64,000 bases of DNA from Octopus sinensis (Eukaryota): assembly GCF_006345805.1 (NCBI RefSeq), contig NC_042998.1:180110001-180174000 (forward strand). Reading direction: 5' to 3'. Positions 13,118-26,217 of the stretch are shown here, piece by piece (positions within the stretch are counted from its first letter, which is position 1; every line of letters starts with the position of its first letter). Both the position numbers and the translations under genes were made by a program. Under the pieces are notes generated by a model. The model had not been told where the DNA came from, did no database searches, and worked only from the letters and a program-made list of their open reading frames with translations.

Positions 13118-14100
13118 ATACAAAGTCTAGCAGATAAATTGAGACAATTTTTACGATGCATAAATCTGGTTATAAGTGCTAAAATAATAGTAGTATACAA
13201 ATATAATATTAATGTAGCATTCATTACAACAAAAACATTATCACTAAATATGGCTTCCCTTTTGAGCAATACTGCCTCCACACGAGAACGACATTGTTTT
13301 GCAGCTTTTTGATTTTCCGTGTCGCACGTACGATGCAGATCTTCAAACTGTTGACATTCGAGTGTAGTGTAAGCATTTGGTCCTTGTTTGAAGTACGACC
13401 CATAAAAGGAATCGAGAAAGTTATGATCTGAACTATTTATTACTGGGCTAGATGTTGGCATCATAAAAAATGGCAGCTTCTCACCAAAGAAGGCCTATGT
13501 TGCTTTTGACCCATGGCATGGTGCAGAATCCTAGATAAGCACCACATTGTGAAGACCAAACTTCTGTCCCATCCGAGGTAACAGATACTTCTTCAGGATG
13601 TCCAAATACTCCTTTGTGCTAATCTTCAAGCCAAACTCCATGAAGTGTGGATCCATGAAAGTTTCACCACTCGTTACGGCTTCAAATACCATCACAGCGG
13701 GGATGTCAGCCGAGAAGTTCTACGATTTATCTTAGTGTCACAGTGAACTTCTCGTCCACAAACACAAGAGTTTGTTATGCACCATGATGCTTGATGAATG
13801 ATTGAAGCTGTAAGCTTTTCTCGGATCTGATTGCTTTTACCTTGGCTGTTAGGAGGTGACAGTGTCATCAAACATAGTTAGTCATGCCAAGGTTCCTGTT
13901 CATAGCTCGAACACCGTGGAAAGGGACACATTGCATTTCTTTGCAAGACTTGTCATGGATGCCCAGTTTCAGACTACTAAATTCCACTTGCAATGTACTG
14001 GTCAACCCAAGATTGGCGTAGAAGATACTTGGGCATGATGACCACCTAAAGGACTGGACCGAAACCATGCAGTTGCGAACGGAACATAAACTTACAGCAT
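13118..14100 (-). mobile_element. Decayed Tc1/mariner-superfamily transposon (transposase pseudogene)
   Basis: Minus-strand remnants QDSAPCHGSK and PTSSPVINSSDHNFLD (WPPSSPDLNPLD-like); several stops and frameshifts; element ends uncertain. Confidence 0.7.
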
Positions 14101-16009
14101 GTCAGCACCTATTTTTTTTTGTTTTAAGTGAATACATTGTGATTTTTTTATAAAGTAAAAGCTTTCGTAATTGTCACTAATATTTCTTGGAGTTTTCGAC
14201 TAAACTCGCCGACGGTTATGTTTTAATGTAATTTCAATCTCAGTCACACTTCTTTACTTGTGCTCTTTCGCATATCCTTTGCCGCATTTTCACTATTATG
14301 ACTGATATCACACAAGGAAAAACTTGACATTTCTCACCAACGGAAGAAAACCTAATATCAGAAATTGAAGCTTTTATTAAAGAATGGTATGCAACCAAAT
14401 TTCCTATTCGTGTTTGCTGCGACGGTTTTTCAACTAGATCGGTACACTATTTCCTGCAGAAGATTGGTTTGGAAAACAGACAACTGAAAGAAAAATGGCC
14501 ACTAACGAGAAAGCCATAACATCTAGCATTTCAGGTGAGAAGAGACTGCAGATGGAATCCTGACCCTGAGAGACTAGCTGAAAATACGAATAGGTTTTAA
14601 AGATCATGATTGCTTTATTAACCCAGGGCAAAGTGTCTTTGATATTTATATTACCGATTACCATGTCAAAAATGAATGTAACAAAAATTAAATGTATATT
14701 GCTTTTGCTTTTCTAAATTTCCTGTAAATCAACATATATTGACTTACATCTTTTCCGGCCGGGCATGAACTCTAAAACCCCCAATACACATGAAAGCTCG
14801 TAAAGTACATAAGTACTACACTACTTCAGTTGGTTAGCTTATAGAATTAAAAGAAAAAAATATTAAACTGAAGTTGGTCATATTTATTCATAGATATTTT
14901 CTTTTCTTTATCTCCTTATCATCTATCATTTTAGAAATTCGCGACCTTAGTTCATTATTGTTTTTGACGATATTATTATTGTCAATAAACGGATATAAGT
15001 TTTTGAGATAAAGTTCTAAAATTATATCAGTTTAAGAAAAAAAATGTTTAAGAGTGATTTGGTTTGGAACTGATCTTGTCACAAAGATAATCGATTGAAA
15101 TGTTCTTGTCTGGCAAATATGACTGCCTACAACATGATTTTCTCTCTCTCTCTTTCTATTTTTCATTTTATATTTTTATTTTTTATATTATTTTGTTCTC
15201 ACGCAGATAATATCTTCAATTGGTATCGTCTGGCTAGAGATGTTAGAATAGAAATTAATCAAAATAAAAGCTACAAAATGAAAACAAAAAAAACAAACGT
15301 ATTATTTTATTTAATGAGCTGCTTTAAAAGCTCTGAATATCTGCTAATTAGACTAGCTCACAATAGCTGTTGATTTTTAAAATTGTCATTTGTTTGTTCT
15401 TCACACCGCAGGAGAAATATGAATATGGCTATATAACTATAGTGAACTAATGAGTAAACAATCCACAATGCGCTTCCCATGGAAATCAGACAAACTCGAT
15501 GTTGCCTGATGGCCCGTATATGGCAAACTCCGAGTAGCGGGGAAGGTCGTGTGGATCTTGAGTAGTCAACAACTAAATATGAAATTTGCTTCAGGTATTG
15601 AGTTTTCTTTCCTGTTTGCAAAACACACACACACACTTTAATTAAGGAATTAAAAGAAAACAACTGGAGTCGCGCAATCACATTCATTAGCTTACAGCTG
15701 TTACTGCTTGGAGAAGCTCTGCACTTCCTCAAAGCCAATTAGTATAGTGGTCTGTGATCGACTAACGCTCTGCACTAAGTATATTTTTTTTCTAATATCT
15801 CGTTATTCATATCGCTCTACCTGAGCGAAATCATAATACATACATAGACACTTGCATATATTCACCCCACTCTATATATATATCACATATATATTAGAAA
15901 TGAGGTGGGAATAAAAAATATGTCAAGAACTTTCTTAGCTTAGAGCTGTTTCTGCTGTTAGATGCAATGCACTCATATTTGAGTACTTGTGTATCACTCT
16001 ATATCTTCA

Positions 16010-16712
16010 TTGAAGTTTCAAAAATTTTCTCCATTTTCGAACAGTTTTGAATCACCCATGAAGAGAAGGTGGTTGAGACGTCGTCTATACTTTCTCAGCC
16101 CTTAATGCGCGTTGACTCAACGTAGACCTACAGAAAGTGGGATCAAGGCAATAACAAATAAAGGTGAAAAAAAATCTCCCTGGAAGATACCCACTTTGAT
16201 TGTTAGCTCGGCTAAGTGCTGGTTGTTCGAGAAAAGATGAGTTTTCCAACTAGGCATTCTGTTCTTAATCAGTGCACACACGTTCTCAGCAACTCCACAC
16301 ATGTCTAGTTTCCAGAATCCACGAATTCGGCAAAATCTTGTAAGCCTTATAAATGTGTAAGCCTTATTAATGTCGTAAGCCTTATTAAAGCACAATTTTT
16401 GGGGTACGGTTTGTGTGTTGACGAAAACCATTTGATCCAGTAGCCTTGGATTCCGTCTGGTCCTGCTGCTTTCTAGTTTGGCAGTTTTGATACCTGTGTT
16501 ATTACATATTCCGTTGTTATGCGTACATGATCCTGTCGTGGAACCTCAGGGTGATGGGGTTAGGATCTCATGGAATAAATCCACCCAGCAAAGTGGGTGT
16601 GGGAAGCCTCTTGCTACCCGATGTTATTCCAAAATTGGCCAGATTCCTCTGCTTCAGGAGGTATATTATCTTTTGTATCTCCTCCTAAGCTCTTAAAAAC
16701 TGCTTCTGGTTA
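16010..16712 (-). mobile_element. Old, internally deleted R4/Dong-clade RT fragment (different lineage from 48566-52560)
   Basis: Minus-strand remnants LPN*KAAGPDGIQGYWIK, GIFQGDFFSPL and LNHLLFMGDSKLF. Confidence 0.8.
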
Positions 16713-16844
16713 TTTGTGAATATGACCCCAAAAGGATGAAAGGCAAAGTCGACCTCGGCAAAAATTGAACTCAGAATCTGAAGATGGATGAAAAACCAAT
16801 ATTTCGCCTAGCGTATCAAAGATTCTGCCAACTTGCAGCCTCAA

Positions 16845-17155
16845 AGCCATGTGTTGAGAGGAATTCTTTGGGGTTTGAATAATTCACCTCTGGAAACATG
16901 GGTGTTTTGTTCATCATCCTTAAACAAACCTTATTCAGGTACCTTTTGAGCGGGATGGGCTACTAAACCTGAAGAAAATTCTAACTGGGCCCCACCTGCA
17001 AGATCATGTGCTGTTTATCTAGATATAAGAACAACATGTATGTCGCGCACATGTGGTTGTGTACTCCTATCAGACGGGTAGTCATGATGGGTATATTGAG
17101 CTTCGTATAATTGTACTCCAGTGTCACTTTGATGACATGCGCTGCTCTCTTACTC

Positions 17156-17156
<1 letters not shown>
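16845..17156 (+). mobile_element. 5'-truncated copy of the ~560 bp TAA-associated element (family D)
   Basis: Matches reverse complement of 43291-43610 and 47967-48290; ends ...ctctcttactca followed by (AAT)n. Confidence 0.85.
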
Positions 17157-17192
<36 letters not shown>

Positions 17193-17219
17193 GTATTAAT
17201 AATAATAATAATAATAATA

Positions 17220-17256
<37 letters not shown>

Positions 17257-17303
17257 GGATGATGATGCTGATGCTGCTGCTGCTGCTGCTGATGATGATG
17301 ATG

Positions 17304-17353
<50 letters not shown>

Positions 17354-17372
17354 TATAATAATAATAATAATA
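17157..17372. repeat. (AAT)n/(GAT)n/(GCT)n compound microsatellite
   Basis: Direct inspection. Confidence 0.95.
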
Positions 17373-17377
17373 AAAAC

Positions 17378-17597
17378 AACAAGAGTACTCATAGAGCGCA
17401 AACCTCCGCCAAGGCAACAGCAAAATCCTCTCAACGATTAGCCGGAGGGGATTTTTAAAACGAGAATATCTGAAGTAAACTCGACTGCCCTCACAAGCGA
17501 AAATATTAAACATGAAACCCGATCTCTCTCAAACATTAAGCAAAAAGACCGGAAAAATAAATAACGCAGAATCCTTTCCGGTCCCTGATCGATCTCA
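17378..17597 (+). mobile_element. 5' half of a HINE/DINE-like (Helentron-associated) non-autonomous element
   Basis: Starts aacaagag...cctccgccaagg; the cctccgcc motif recurs in the 3' stem-loop at 18704-18727. Confidence 0.6.
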
Positions 17598-18192
17598 ATG
17601 GTAGTCATGGAATGTGAAGATGCATGTCGGTTCGTGTTTGTAATGCTGTGTGTGTGTCGTTTGCAGTGAGAACAGGGACAGTTTTCTCTATGAAGGCCCC
17701 TTTTTAGTCTTCACGACCATTAAGGTCTATAGTGAAAAATTAGCCGTGCGCGAAAGAAAACGGGAAGGACCTGCTGTTAAGGGAGGTTTAACAACATCAT
17801 TGCGCACAAAAACGTGAGTCCAAGAAGTGAAGCTTCCTTCTACGAAGAGCTAGGAATGCCATTGTCAAGTAATTAAGAGGTTTTAAACAAGAACAATATA
17901 CTGAAAATTGGTAAAACTAAAAATTATCGAGGATAAGTTGGATTTATTATTGTTACTGAATATGTTAGTGTAATTTAATTTCTGAACGGTTTTGCTGTTT
18001 ATGTGTTTATGTAGTTTGATTTCTTTATCCATCAGTTTCTGCCAAGATAGAAAAGCGAGTAAAATTAATAACAGAGAAACGAAAATAAATCTTTGGAAAC
18101 AGCAACGCCGCCATAACTTACGTGGAAACCACGAGCGTGCTTTCAAGGTAGGTAATCAGAGAAAGACTTAAAAGTGAACGTATGATCGTAAA

Positions 18193-18532
18193 GCGTGGCA
18201 CCTTGGGCAAGTATCTTCTGCTATAGCCTCGGGCCGACCAATGCCTTGTGAGTGGATTTGGTCGATGGAAACTGAAAGAAGCCCGTCGCATATATGTATA
18301 TATATATATATTTATGTGTGCGCGTGTATGTTTGTGTGTCTGTATTTGTCCCCCTAGCATTGTTTGACAACCGATGCTGGTGTGTTTATGTCCCCGTCAC
18401 TTAGCGGTTCGGCAAAAGAGACTGATAGAATAAGTACTGGGCTTACAAAGAATAAGTCCCGGGGTCGAGTTGCTCGACTAAAGGCGGTGCTCCAGCATGG
18501 CCGCAGTCAACTGACTGAAACATGGAAAAGAG
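18193..18532 (+). mobile_element. tRNA-SINE family B (CORE-like ggcaccttgggcaag), 5'-truncated
   Basis: Matches 55278-55659; 3' tail gcggtgctccagcatggccgcagtca-ac-tgactgaaac. Confidence 0.9.
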
Positions 18533-18540
18533 TATAACAA

Positions 18541-18730
18541 ATATCCAGAATCTTTGTTCAGTACCGGATCGATTCCAAAATCTAATCGGTTCATGCCAGT
18601 CACGAGGTTAAACATCCCTCAAAGTTTCATCCGAATCCACCAAGCGGTTCTTGAGATACCGTGTCCACGGTCAAACAAACAAACAAATACGGCTGAAACA
18701 ATTCCTCCGCCTTCGCTAAGGCGGCGGTAG
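18541..18730 (+). mobile_element. 3' half of the HINE-like element
   Basis: aaagtttcatccgaatcc core, (CAAA)n tract and terminal stem-loop cctccgcc-ttcgctaa-ggcggcgg. Confidence 0.6.
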
Positions 18731-19562
18731 TAATAATAATAATAATATTAATGATAATAATAACAATAATAATAATGATGTTGATGATGATATTTTCTTT
18801 ATTAACCACTAAAGGTTCATAAAAATGGTTGGGGATCGTATATGACGATACCTTGTGGTGTTATATAAAAGCGTGTAAATAGGAAAATAGGAGAAAGAAA
18901 GAAACGAAGATTCAAACAAGAAATAATTCCTCTAAATACTAAGACCTGAGGACTTCTAGTGGATACCCCACAAAACCACAGTCCCATTAACCATTAGGAC
19001 AAACGCCCACTCCCTATTATCTTTCCTCATACTCATAGTAAACCTATTCCTTGTCATTCTCATCCATCTCCCAAAAAATTGTGCTGTAAATTTGTACCTC
19101 TCCACCTTCAGTTTACTTCATTACAAAAAGCCACGAGATAAAGGATGTTTGCCTGTCCTCACAGCTTAAAAGAAAGTGGGGATGAACGATCTTCACAATG
19201 GACTCAGCCGAGAATCGAATCTGTCTTACAAGCCATAGTAGATGTCCAACATTAAACCACGAGTCACTAATGCTAGGACACAAGAGAAGAGCGAGCAGAA
19301 TAATTTTGTTGCTCTGCACGCGTTTTGGTCAGGCCCAGCAGATGATATTTGCGTGCCCCTAGATTTTAACCCGAACCGACTATGCAGCTCCCTTTCCCTG
19401 GTAGCAGTGCCAGGCTAGGTTCTTCAGCAAAGTACACCTGGCCGCGACCCGAAAGTCCTTCTGAACTGTACTAATCAAATACTGGGCAGAATGTTTTCAG
19501 CTCATCTCTTTCCTCAAATTACTGGCCTTTTGCCCAAATCAAAAGCCATTATTCTTCACAGT

Positions 19563-20080
19563 CTATCTTCTTCTTCTTCTTCTTCTTCTTGTTCTTCTTC
19601 TTCTTCTTCTTCTTCTTGTTCTCCTCCTTCTCCTTCTCCTTTTTCTTCTCCTTTTTCTTCTTCTTCTTCTTCTTCTTCTTCTTCTCCTTCTTCTTCTCCT
19701 TTTTCTTCTTCTTCTTTTTCTTCTTCTTCTTCACCTCCTTCTTCTTCTTCTTCTTCTTCTTCTTCTTCTTCTTCTTCTTCTTCTTCCTCGCCCTCCTCCT
19801 CCATCTCCCTTCCTCCACCTCCCATCCTTCCCCTTCTTCGTCTCTTGTCCTCCTCCTTCTTTTTCTTCTTCTTCTTCTTCTTCTTCTTCTCCCTCTCCTC
19901 TTCCTCGTCCCCGAACTCCTTTCCTCCCCTTCCTCCCCTTCTTTGTAACTCCTCCTCCTCCCCATCTTCTCCTTCTCCTCTTCCTCGTCCTCCTCCTCGA
20001 TCTCCCTTCCTTCACCTCCTTCCGTTCATCGTATCTCCTTCTCTTCCCCTTCCCCCCTCCTCCTCCCCTTCTTCTTCTTA
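19563..20080. repeat. (TTC)n/(CCT)n polypyrimidine low-complexity tract
   Basis: Direct inspection; source of the poly-S/E/K/F ORFs. Confidence 0.95.
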
Positions 20081-21136
20081 ATACGCGAGATTTCAACACT
20101 CGTTGATAAATTATTGAAATCTCATACCCTGGTTAGTGAATATCCAGAGACTGCTCACATCCATTCAGGTGTTCTCATATTTCATTTTTTTCTTACCTGC
20201 ACCCCATCTCCCATTGTCTGTTAAGTTTTTATATTCAATGATAAGATGAAAGGCAAGTACCAACTCAACTGAGCTTTGATGGAATTGCAGAGCAAAGAAG
20301 CCGCTCTTGAGGTAAATAACAATGAAACAAACTGATACATCAAAATTATACATATATATACATATATATGAATTGTTTAACAAACATGACACAATAGAAT
20401 TTTTTCAAGTTGTACGCAGAAGAGTATGGAATGTACCGGGTAATCTAAACTTTCATTGTTTGTGTACAAATCTGATATTAATATCTATATAAAGTTTACG
20501 AGCAAAAACATCGGAAACAAAAAGAAATTGCTTGTCGCAACGTGATATATATACTCTCGGAGACTGTCTGGGAGATGTGTGATTCAATTAACATTGAGTA
20601 ACTTTGACTTTTTTTTTTTTCCTTTTCATACTTCCTAAACAGTGAGAAGCAACAGAATGTGTATATAGCACTTTGAATTATTTATCAACCAATATACTAG
20701 TGCTGTCAAAGTAACGGCTACTTCAATTAGATACTATACCTTTGTAATTATATTTATATAATTTTTGACATTTTCGTGATTCTTCTTTGGTTTCGTGATT
20801 ATTCTGTGACTTTGTAAGATTTAATCTCCAACTTTTTTCTCTTGATATCTTTGTGAGAGATGTGTAGAAATTGTGGTCAGGTTTATAAGCATGAGATATG
20901 GTATTTTGATTCGAATGAAAACACAAAGACATCAAAAGAAATTTGAAACTTCTTTGCCAAATATGTTACACATGTCAAAGAAAACCAAATGTCTGAACTG
21001 CTGATACGAAGACTCGAGCCACTGGAGCATCCTTACAATTCCTTGATGACATACATTCACGCATACATACATACATACTACATACATACATACATACATA
21101 CATTACATACATACACACACACACACACAACACACA

Positions 21137-21172
<36 letters not shown>

Positions 21173-21244
21173 ATATATACTTATACTACATATATATATG
21201 CATGCACACTTAAATATGTATATATACATACATACATACATACA

Positions 21245-21278
<34 letters not shown>

Positions 21279-21302
21279 CATACATACATACATACATACT
21301 CA

Positions 21303-21512
21303 ATATGTGACCGCCTGTGTATCGTTGGCGATTTTCTTTCTCCGTCTTCCCTTCTTTGGACTTTTCCTTTTTCTATGTTTCCGACGAAGAGTTCCGCTCG
21401 AAACGTTAAATCCTCCTTCTTCGTTTTCCTTTCCTGAGCGTCCAATAACACTATACTTGTTCCACGTCCTCGCGTTGTTGTGTTTTCTCTTTGTTCATAT
21501 TTGGATTAACTA
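21303..21512 (+). mobile_element. Mini-PLE (solo terminal-repeat-like) element
   Basis: Pyrimidine-rich leader, hammerhead-like motif and cttcc(t)gagcg...cttgtt tail; same layout as 31120-31270 and 63495-63720. Confidence 0.7.
21377..21410 (+). ncRNA. Minimal hammerhead-like motif with palindromic stem III
   Basis: gttt|CCGACGA|A|gagt-tcc-gctc|GAAACGTT|aaa; core U4>C. Confidence 0.7.
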
Positions 21513-21776
21513 GACACACACACACGTACTCGCGATTCCCAGACAGAGTGTTGCGTTTTGTTCTTGAAAAAAGCACACCATTTCACGTTGCTCTCTGATC
21601 ATTTTGTCATCTGACATGTGGCACCCGTGGTACCTGTGCATGCAATATCGATCTGATAGGGGGAATGACCTTATGTGTACACAAACATTTGATCACTATA
21701 AAAAAAAATCATCTGTGTGGTTGTTCGGTAAAAAATTGTCGAACCCTTGTCTGACAATGGGAGAGTCCATCATATA

Positions 21777-22022
21777 TACTATGTGTGTGTGTGTGAGTGC
21801 GGAGGGATGGATCTATGTGTTTGTCCCTCCGTCACTGTTTGCCAACCAGTGCTGGTGTGTTTATGTCCCCATAAGCTAGCGGTTCTGCAAAAGAGACCGA
21901 TAGAATAAATACTAGACTTAAGAAATAAGTCCTGGGGTCGATTTGTTCCATTAAATCCCTTCAAGACGGTGCTCCAGCATGGTCGCAGTAAAATGACTGA
22001 AACAAGAAAAAGAATAAAAGAA
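21777..22022 (+). mobile_element. 3' half of tRNA-SINE family B
   Basis: Body and cagtaaaatgactgaaac tail. Confidence 0.85.
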
Positions 22023-22929
22023 TATGTGTGTGTGTATGTATGTATGTATGTATGCAAGCATGTTTGCATGTATGTATGTATATGTGCGCACATGCGTGTG
22101 TGTGTGAGACACTTGATACCTCACTATATTCATAACACATCCGCAACAAAATTATTGCCCATGAATCGAAAGCCAATGTTTTAATGTCAAACCATCGCTC
22201 ATATTCACTAGACTATAATTCCACCCAAAAGACGTTTGTGAAATACATTACTGCTCAAAGTTATGCGCATAATAGGCTTTCATTATGAGTTTTACATTAT
22301 ACTTGAGATATTAACCAGAAATTCCATTACCTAAGTGGCGTTCACAGTATACCATGTTAGAAAACACAACCAAAATATATGTTTACATAAAATTGTGCTA
22401 ATACGCTATTTATGTTATGCATCATAAAGCATTTTTGACGTATGTAATAGTAATTATAGCCAAATAAAGTGGTGAGACCCTTAAAACAAGATATAAGCTC
22501 CCGCTATAGAAAAGCTTTTTCAATTTCTGTAAGTTTCACGTGAAATTCGCTCATGCTTCGAGAAAGTCATGAATGCCAAAAAATCCCATATTGTTCTCCT
22601 TTAAAACAAAGGACCAGTGATACTAGAATAGAAGAAAGAAAAGTTTGTGGTCTTGCAAACAAATTCAGCAAATATAGTACTTTATTTATCGATGATTTCT
22701 CTTAATTTTTTCTAATTTTGGTACAAGGCCAGCAATTTTGAGAGGTGGAGGATATCGATTCCCCAGTGATAAGGAGGATAGAAGTAGATTGCATTGACTC
22801 ATTATGTACGACAGGTACTTTCAAATCCAGGAGTGATGACGGACGAAGTTGTGCCGGGTGGTATTTGAAAACCACAGGAAAGAAATGAATTATAAAAAAT
22901 AACGATGGAAGTAAAGAAGATGATAATAA

Positions 22930-23148
22930 TAATCCTTTCTGCTGTAGGTACTAAGGCCTGAAATTTAAAGGGAAAGGGTTATTCAATTATATCAACTCCA
23001 ATGCTGTACTGATTCTTATTTTATCGACTCCGAAAACATGAATGGCAAAGTCGATCTCGGCTGCATTTGAACTCAGAACTTAAAATGCCGGGTGAAATAC
23101 CGCTGAGCATTTTGTCCAGCGGGGTAATGATTCTGGCAGCTCGCCACC
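22930..23148 (-). mobile_element. Older short-tail SINE related to family A
   Basis: Reverse complement of the central domain and head. Confidence 0.7.
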
Positions 23149-23169
23149 CTAATGGTATTTATTTATAAA

Positions 23170-23529
23170 CTAGCAGTATAGCCCGGCGTTGCTCGGGTTT
23201 GTTTCTTTTCGACCCTTTAGAATTGGAATTTTTGAAAAGTAAAAAATTTGCATTATGTAGCTTGTTATTCTCTTTAAGTAAACATTTCTCTGGTTGAAAT
23301 ACACCGAATAAAGGCAACACAGCAGTCAAAAAATCGTAAAAAATAGGGATTTTCATAGAAAAAAGCACCCTTTTTCATGTAAATAATTTTTGGTTTTAAC
23401 ATGGTCCGATTTGAATTTTTTCTTCTACGGAATGATGAGCAAGCCTTCTTCTATCATACTCTCAATTTTGGTCAACTTGCGCCGCAGGGTCTCGGAGGAG
23501 ATAGTGTTAGTTGAAGGCTACCAAACCTG

Positions 23530-23597
<68 letters not shown>

Positions 23598-23616
23598 CTT
23601 CAGCTTTATATATATA
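23170..23616 (-). mobile_element. Non-autonomous Helitron (family 1)
   Basis: Minus strand ends with a GC hairpin (cccgagcaacgccggg) then CTAG|T; (CA)n near the other end; same body as 56625-57002. Confidence 0.75.
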
Positions 23617-24348
23617 ATCACCAGTTTCATGGATACATATTAATGCAGAAAATAAGTTATCAGTTCCATTGAAGTATTTTTACGAGAAATCATAGGATCA
23701 ACAACAAAAACATTTACAAGGAAACAGTCTGTAGGCACAAGGATATGCTCCTAGCAATAGTAACAAAATCTCTCTCGAATCACAACCTATCAAATACGAT
23801 GGGCTAGTCACGTCTGGAATAACTATTATCATAGTTCTGTAACAATTACACATCACCAACGACAAGAACAGCAAAAACAACAGCAACAGTAAACGAATCA
23901 ACTAAAAGAAACTTCTTTAAAACACGCTCAAAGGACTCTATATGCCCCGAGTCTATATCGAAATTAACTTACAACAACAATAGTTCATTTACTTTCACTT
24001 CAACAGATGACCAACATCATTAACATTCTCAGCAAAATAAACTGTACAGACATCAGTTGTATAATAACCTAGCTTATACATTTATTCCAGAAATAGTTGC
24101 TACTGCTAAAATAATTAAATGCTCTCTTTTACCATATGGCAGCAGATAAGAAAATTACGTAACACTGTTTCTTTTCTTTGCATTGACTGAATTTTGGGTT
24201 GAAGTGATGTCAAAGTGGCCTAGACGTTGAAAGTTAAGAAATTAAATAATGAGAGAGAATTCATAAGGAGGTATTCGTAAGATTAATCAGAGAAAATTGA
24301 AAATTTGTAGAGATTAAATATTTATATAATATTCTTTTTTCTCTTCTT

Positions 24349-24638
24349 CCGACCAGGCTATCAGATGTTGCTACACATCGCTGGACACAATGCGCTTCGC
24401 ATTGTTTTAGCCTTCAAATGACGCCATCTCGCTGGCTAAGCGAGCAGGCCAACAGAAGAAAGAGTGAGAGAAAGTTGTGGCGAAAGAGTACAGCAGGGAT
24501 CGCCACCACCCCCTGCCGGAGACTCGTGGAGCTTTAGGTGATTTCGCTCAATAAACACAACGCCCGGTCTGGGAATCGAAACGGCGATCCTACAACCGCG
24601 AGTCCGCTGCCCTAACCACTGGGTCATTGCGCCTCCAC
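24349..24638 (-). mobile_element. Full-length tRNA-derived SINE with 12 bp TSD
   Basis: A box (t)gacccagtggttagggc, B box gtttcgattccc; atataatattct at 24324-24335 and 24639-24650. Confidence 0.9.
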
Positions 24639-24661
24639 ATATAATATTCTGTCAACTGAAA

Positions 24662-25198
24662 AAGCGGCGAACTGGCAGAATTGTTAGCAGCCGGGCAAAC
24701 TGCTTAGCAGCATTTCGTACGTCCACGTTCTGGTTTCAAGTTCTGCGGAGGTTGACTTTCATTTTTTCGGGTCGATAAAATAAGCACCAATCAAGTCATG
24801 GGGTCAGTGTAATCGACTTACTCTTTCTTCCCGAACTTGCGGGCCTTGGATCAAAAATTGAAATCAATATTCTATCAAATATTTTGCTCTAAATATAATT
24901 TCTTTTTCTCGAGCCCTACCACTCATAAACAGCCAGTAAACCGTTTCCCACGTCGTATAACTGACCGGGTCGCAACAGTTTCTCTGAACGGGTCGTCGGC
25001 TCATTGCAAGGCTCAATGCTTGCAATTTTTAGGGGAGTAGACAAGTCAAATTACATCGACCCCAGTATTTGACTGGTACTTTACTTTATCGATCTGGAAG
25101 AGATGAAAGGCAAAGTTGACCTGTGGGGCTTTGAATCCAGAACGTAAAGCACCTAAAGAAATGCTGACATGCTAACCATTCTGTCTGCTCGTCGCCTC
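24662..25198. mobile_element. Two older family-A-related SINEs (24662-24860 +; 25040-25198 -)
   Basis: Degenerate head and central domain. Confidence 0.65.
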
Positions 25199-25748
25199 CA
25201 ACTATAATTACTGGGACATAATTTCACTTATAATTTCACTAAGTGACGGGAATCTGTACAAGAGGTGATGGGCTCATGAACGTGATGCTCTACATATCCT
25301 GTTTTTTCAAAGGTATTGTATTGTGTCCATAGCCAAAATCAATATAAACTGTTGAAGGGGACATGAATAAAACTCAAGCGTTGCCTTTCGTCTTCCTATG
25401 AAAACACTACACTAATAGATTCTATTTGGCGAATTCCAACATTTGAAGGCTTTTATGCAAATCCGCTATAGTATTATATTAGTCCAGGACACCTAAGGTA
25501 ATAGGTATATATGAAAATCTATAAGCTGTATATTAGAGCTGTAAGTTTCTCATTAGTTATTCATAGATGTTCACCTCTTCCCAAATTTTGAGGAAACATT
25601 GATTATTGACGGGCTGATGCTCTCGTAAATAGAGCATGACATTTTTCTCCCTGTTCCAGATAACAATACCTCACCTATAATGTTTACTCTGAGCTCCTGT
25701 TCTTATTGGAAATGTACTCCCAGCTTTCATACATCTTGTATCTTTGTA

Positions 25749-26118
25749 CTAGCAGTATCGCCCGGCGTTGCTCGGGTTTGTAAGGGAAATAACTATAAAG
25801 CATTTTTAGAGAGTTATAGCCAAAAAGTAGCAAAAAAATGGAAAAAAAATTATGGTAAATTTTTTTGAGAGTTAAAAAGGTCGAGTTGCGTCCCCTAGAC
25901 AGTCTGTGGTTTGTGTTTCTGATTCTCGACCCCATGTCGAATTTATCGATTTTTTTCAGAACTGGGGGAACTTTTCAAAATTTTCTCTGCGTTAGTTTTG
26001 AATTATGACATTGGGCTATGTGTGTTTAAGTTTCATCAGAATCGGTTGAAAGCCGTGGTCAGGGTGAGGGTACAACCTAACAGAGACATAGACAAACTGC
26101 TGTTTATATAGAGAGAGA
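25749..26118 (-). mobile_element. Non-autonomous Helitron (family 2)
   Basis: Minus strand A|TC...hairpin...CTAG|T termini; body differs from family 1. Confidence 0.8.
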
Positions 26119-26217
26119 TGAATGTATTTGCAGACTTATGGAAATCATGGCGTTTGCTTATTTGCACATTTTGATCTCCTGTACATGTTCCAGGCTAACT
26201 CTCTGGAATGAATGATA

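Noticed and set aside
15412-15594. 183 nt segment with good acceptor (cttcacaccgcag) and a gtattg donor
   Set aside because: Stops in all three frames; could be a non-coding exon but is unsupported. The in-frame TGA has no selenoprotein motif or evident SECIS.
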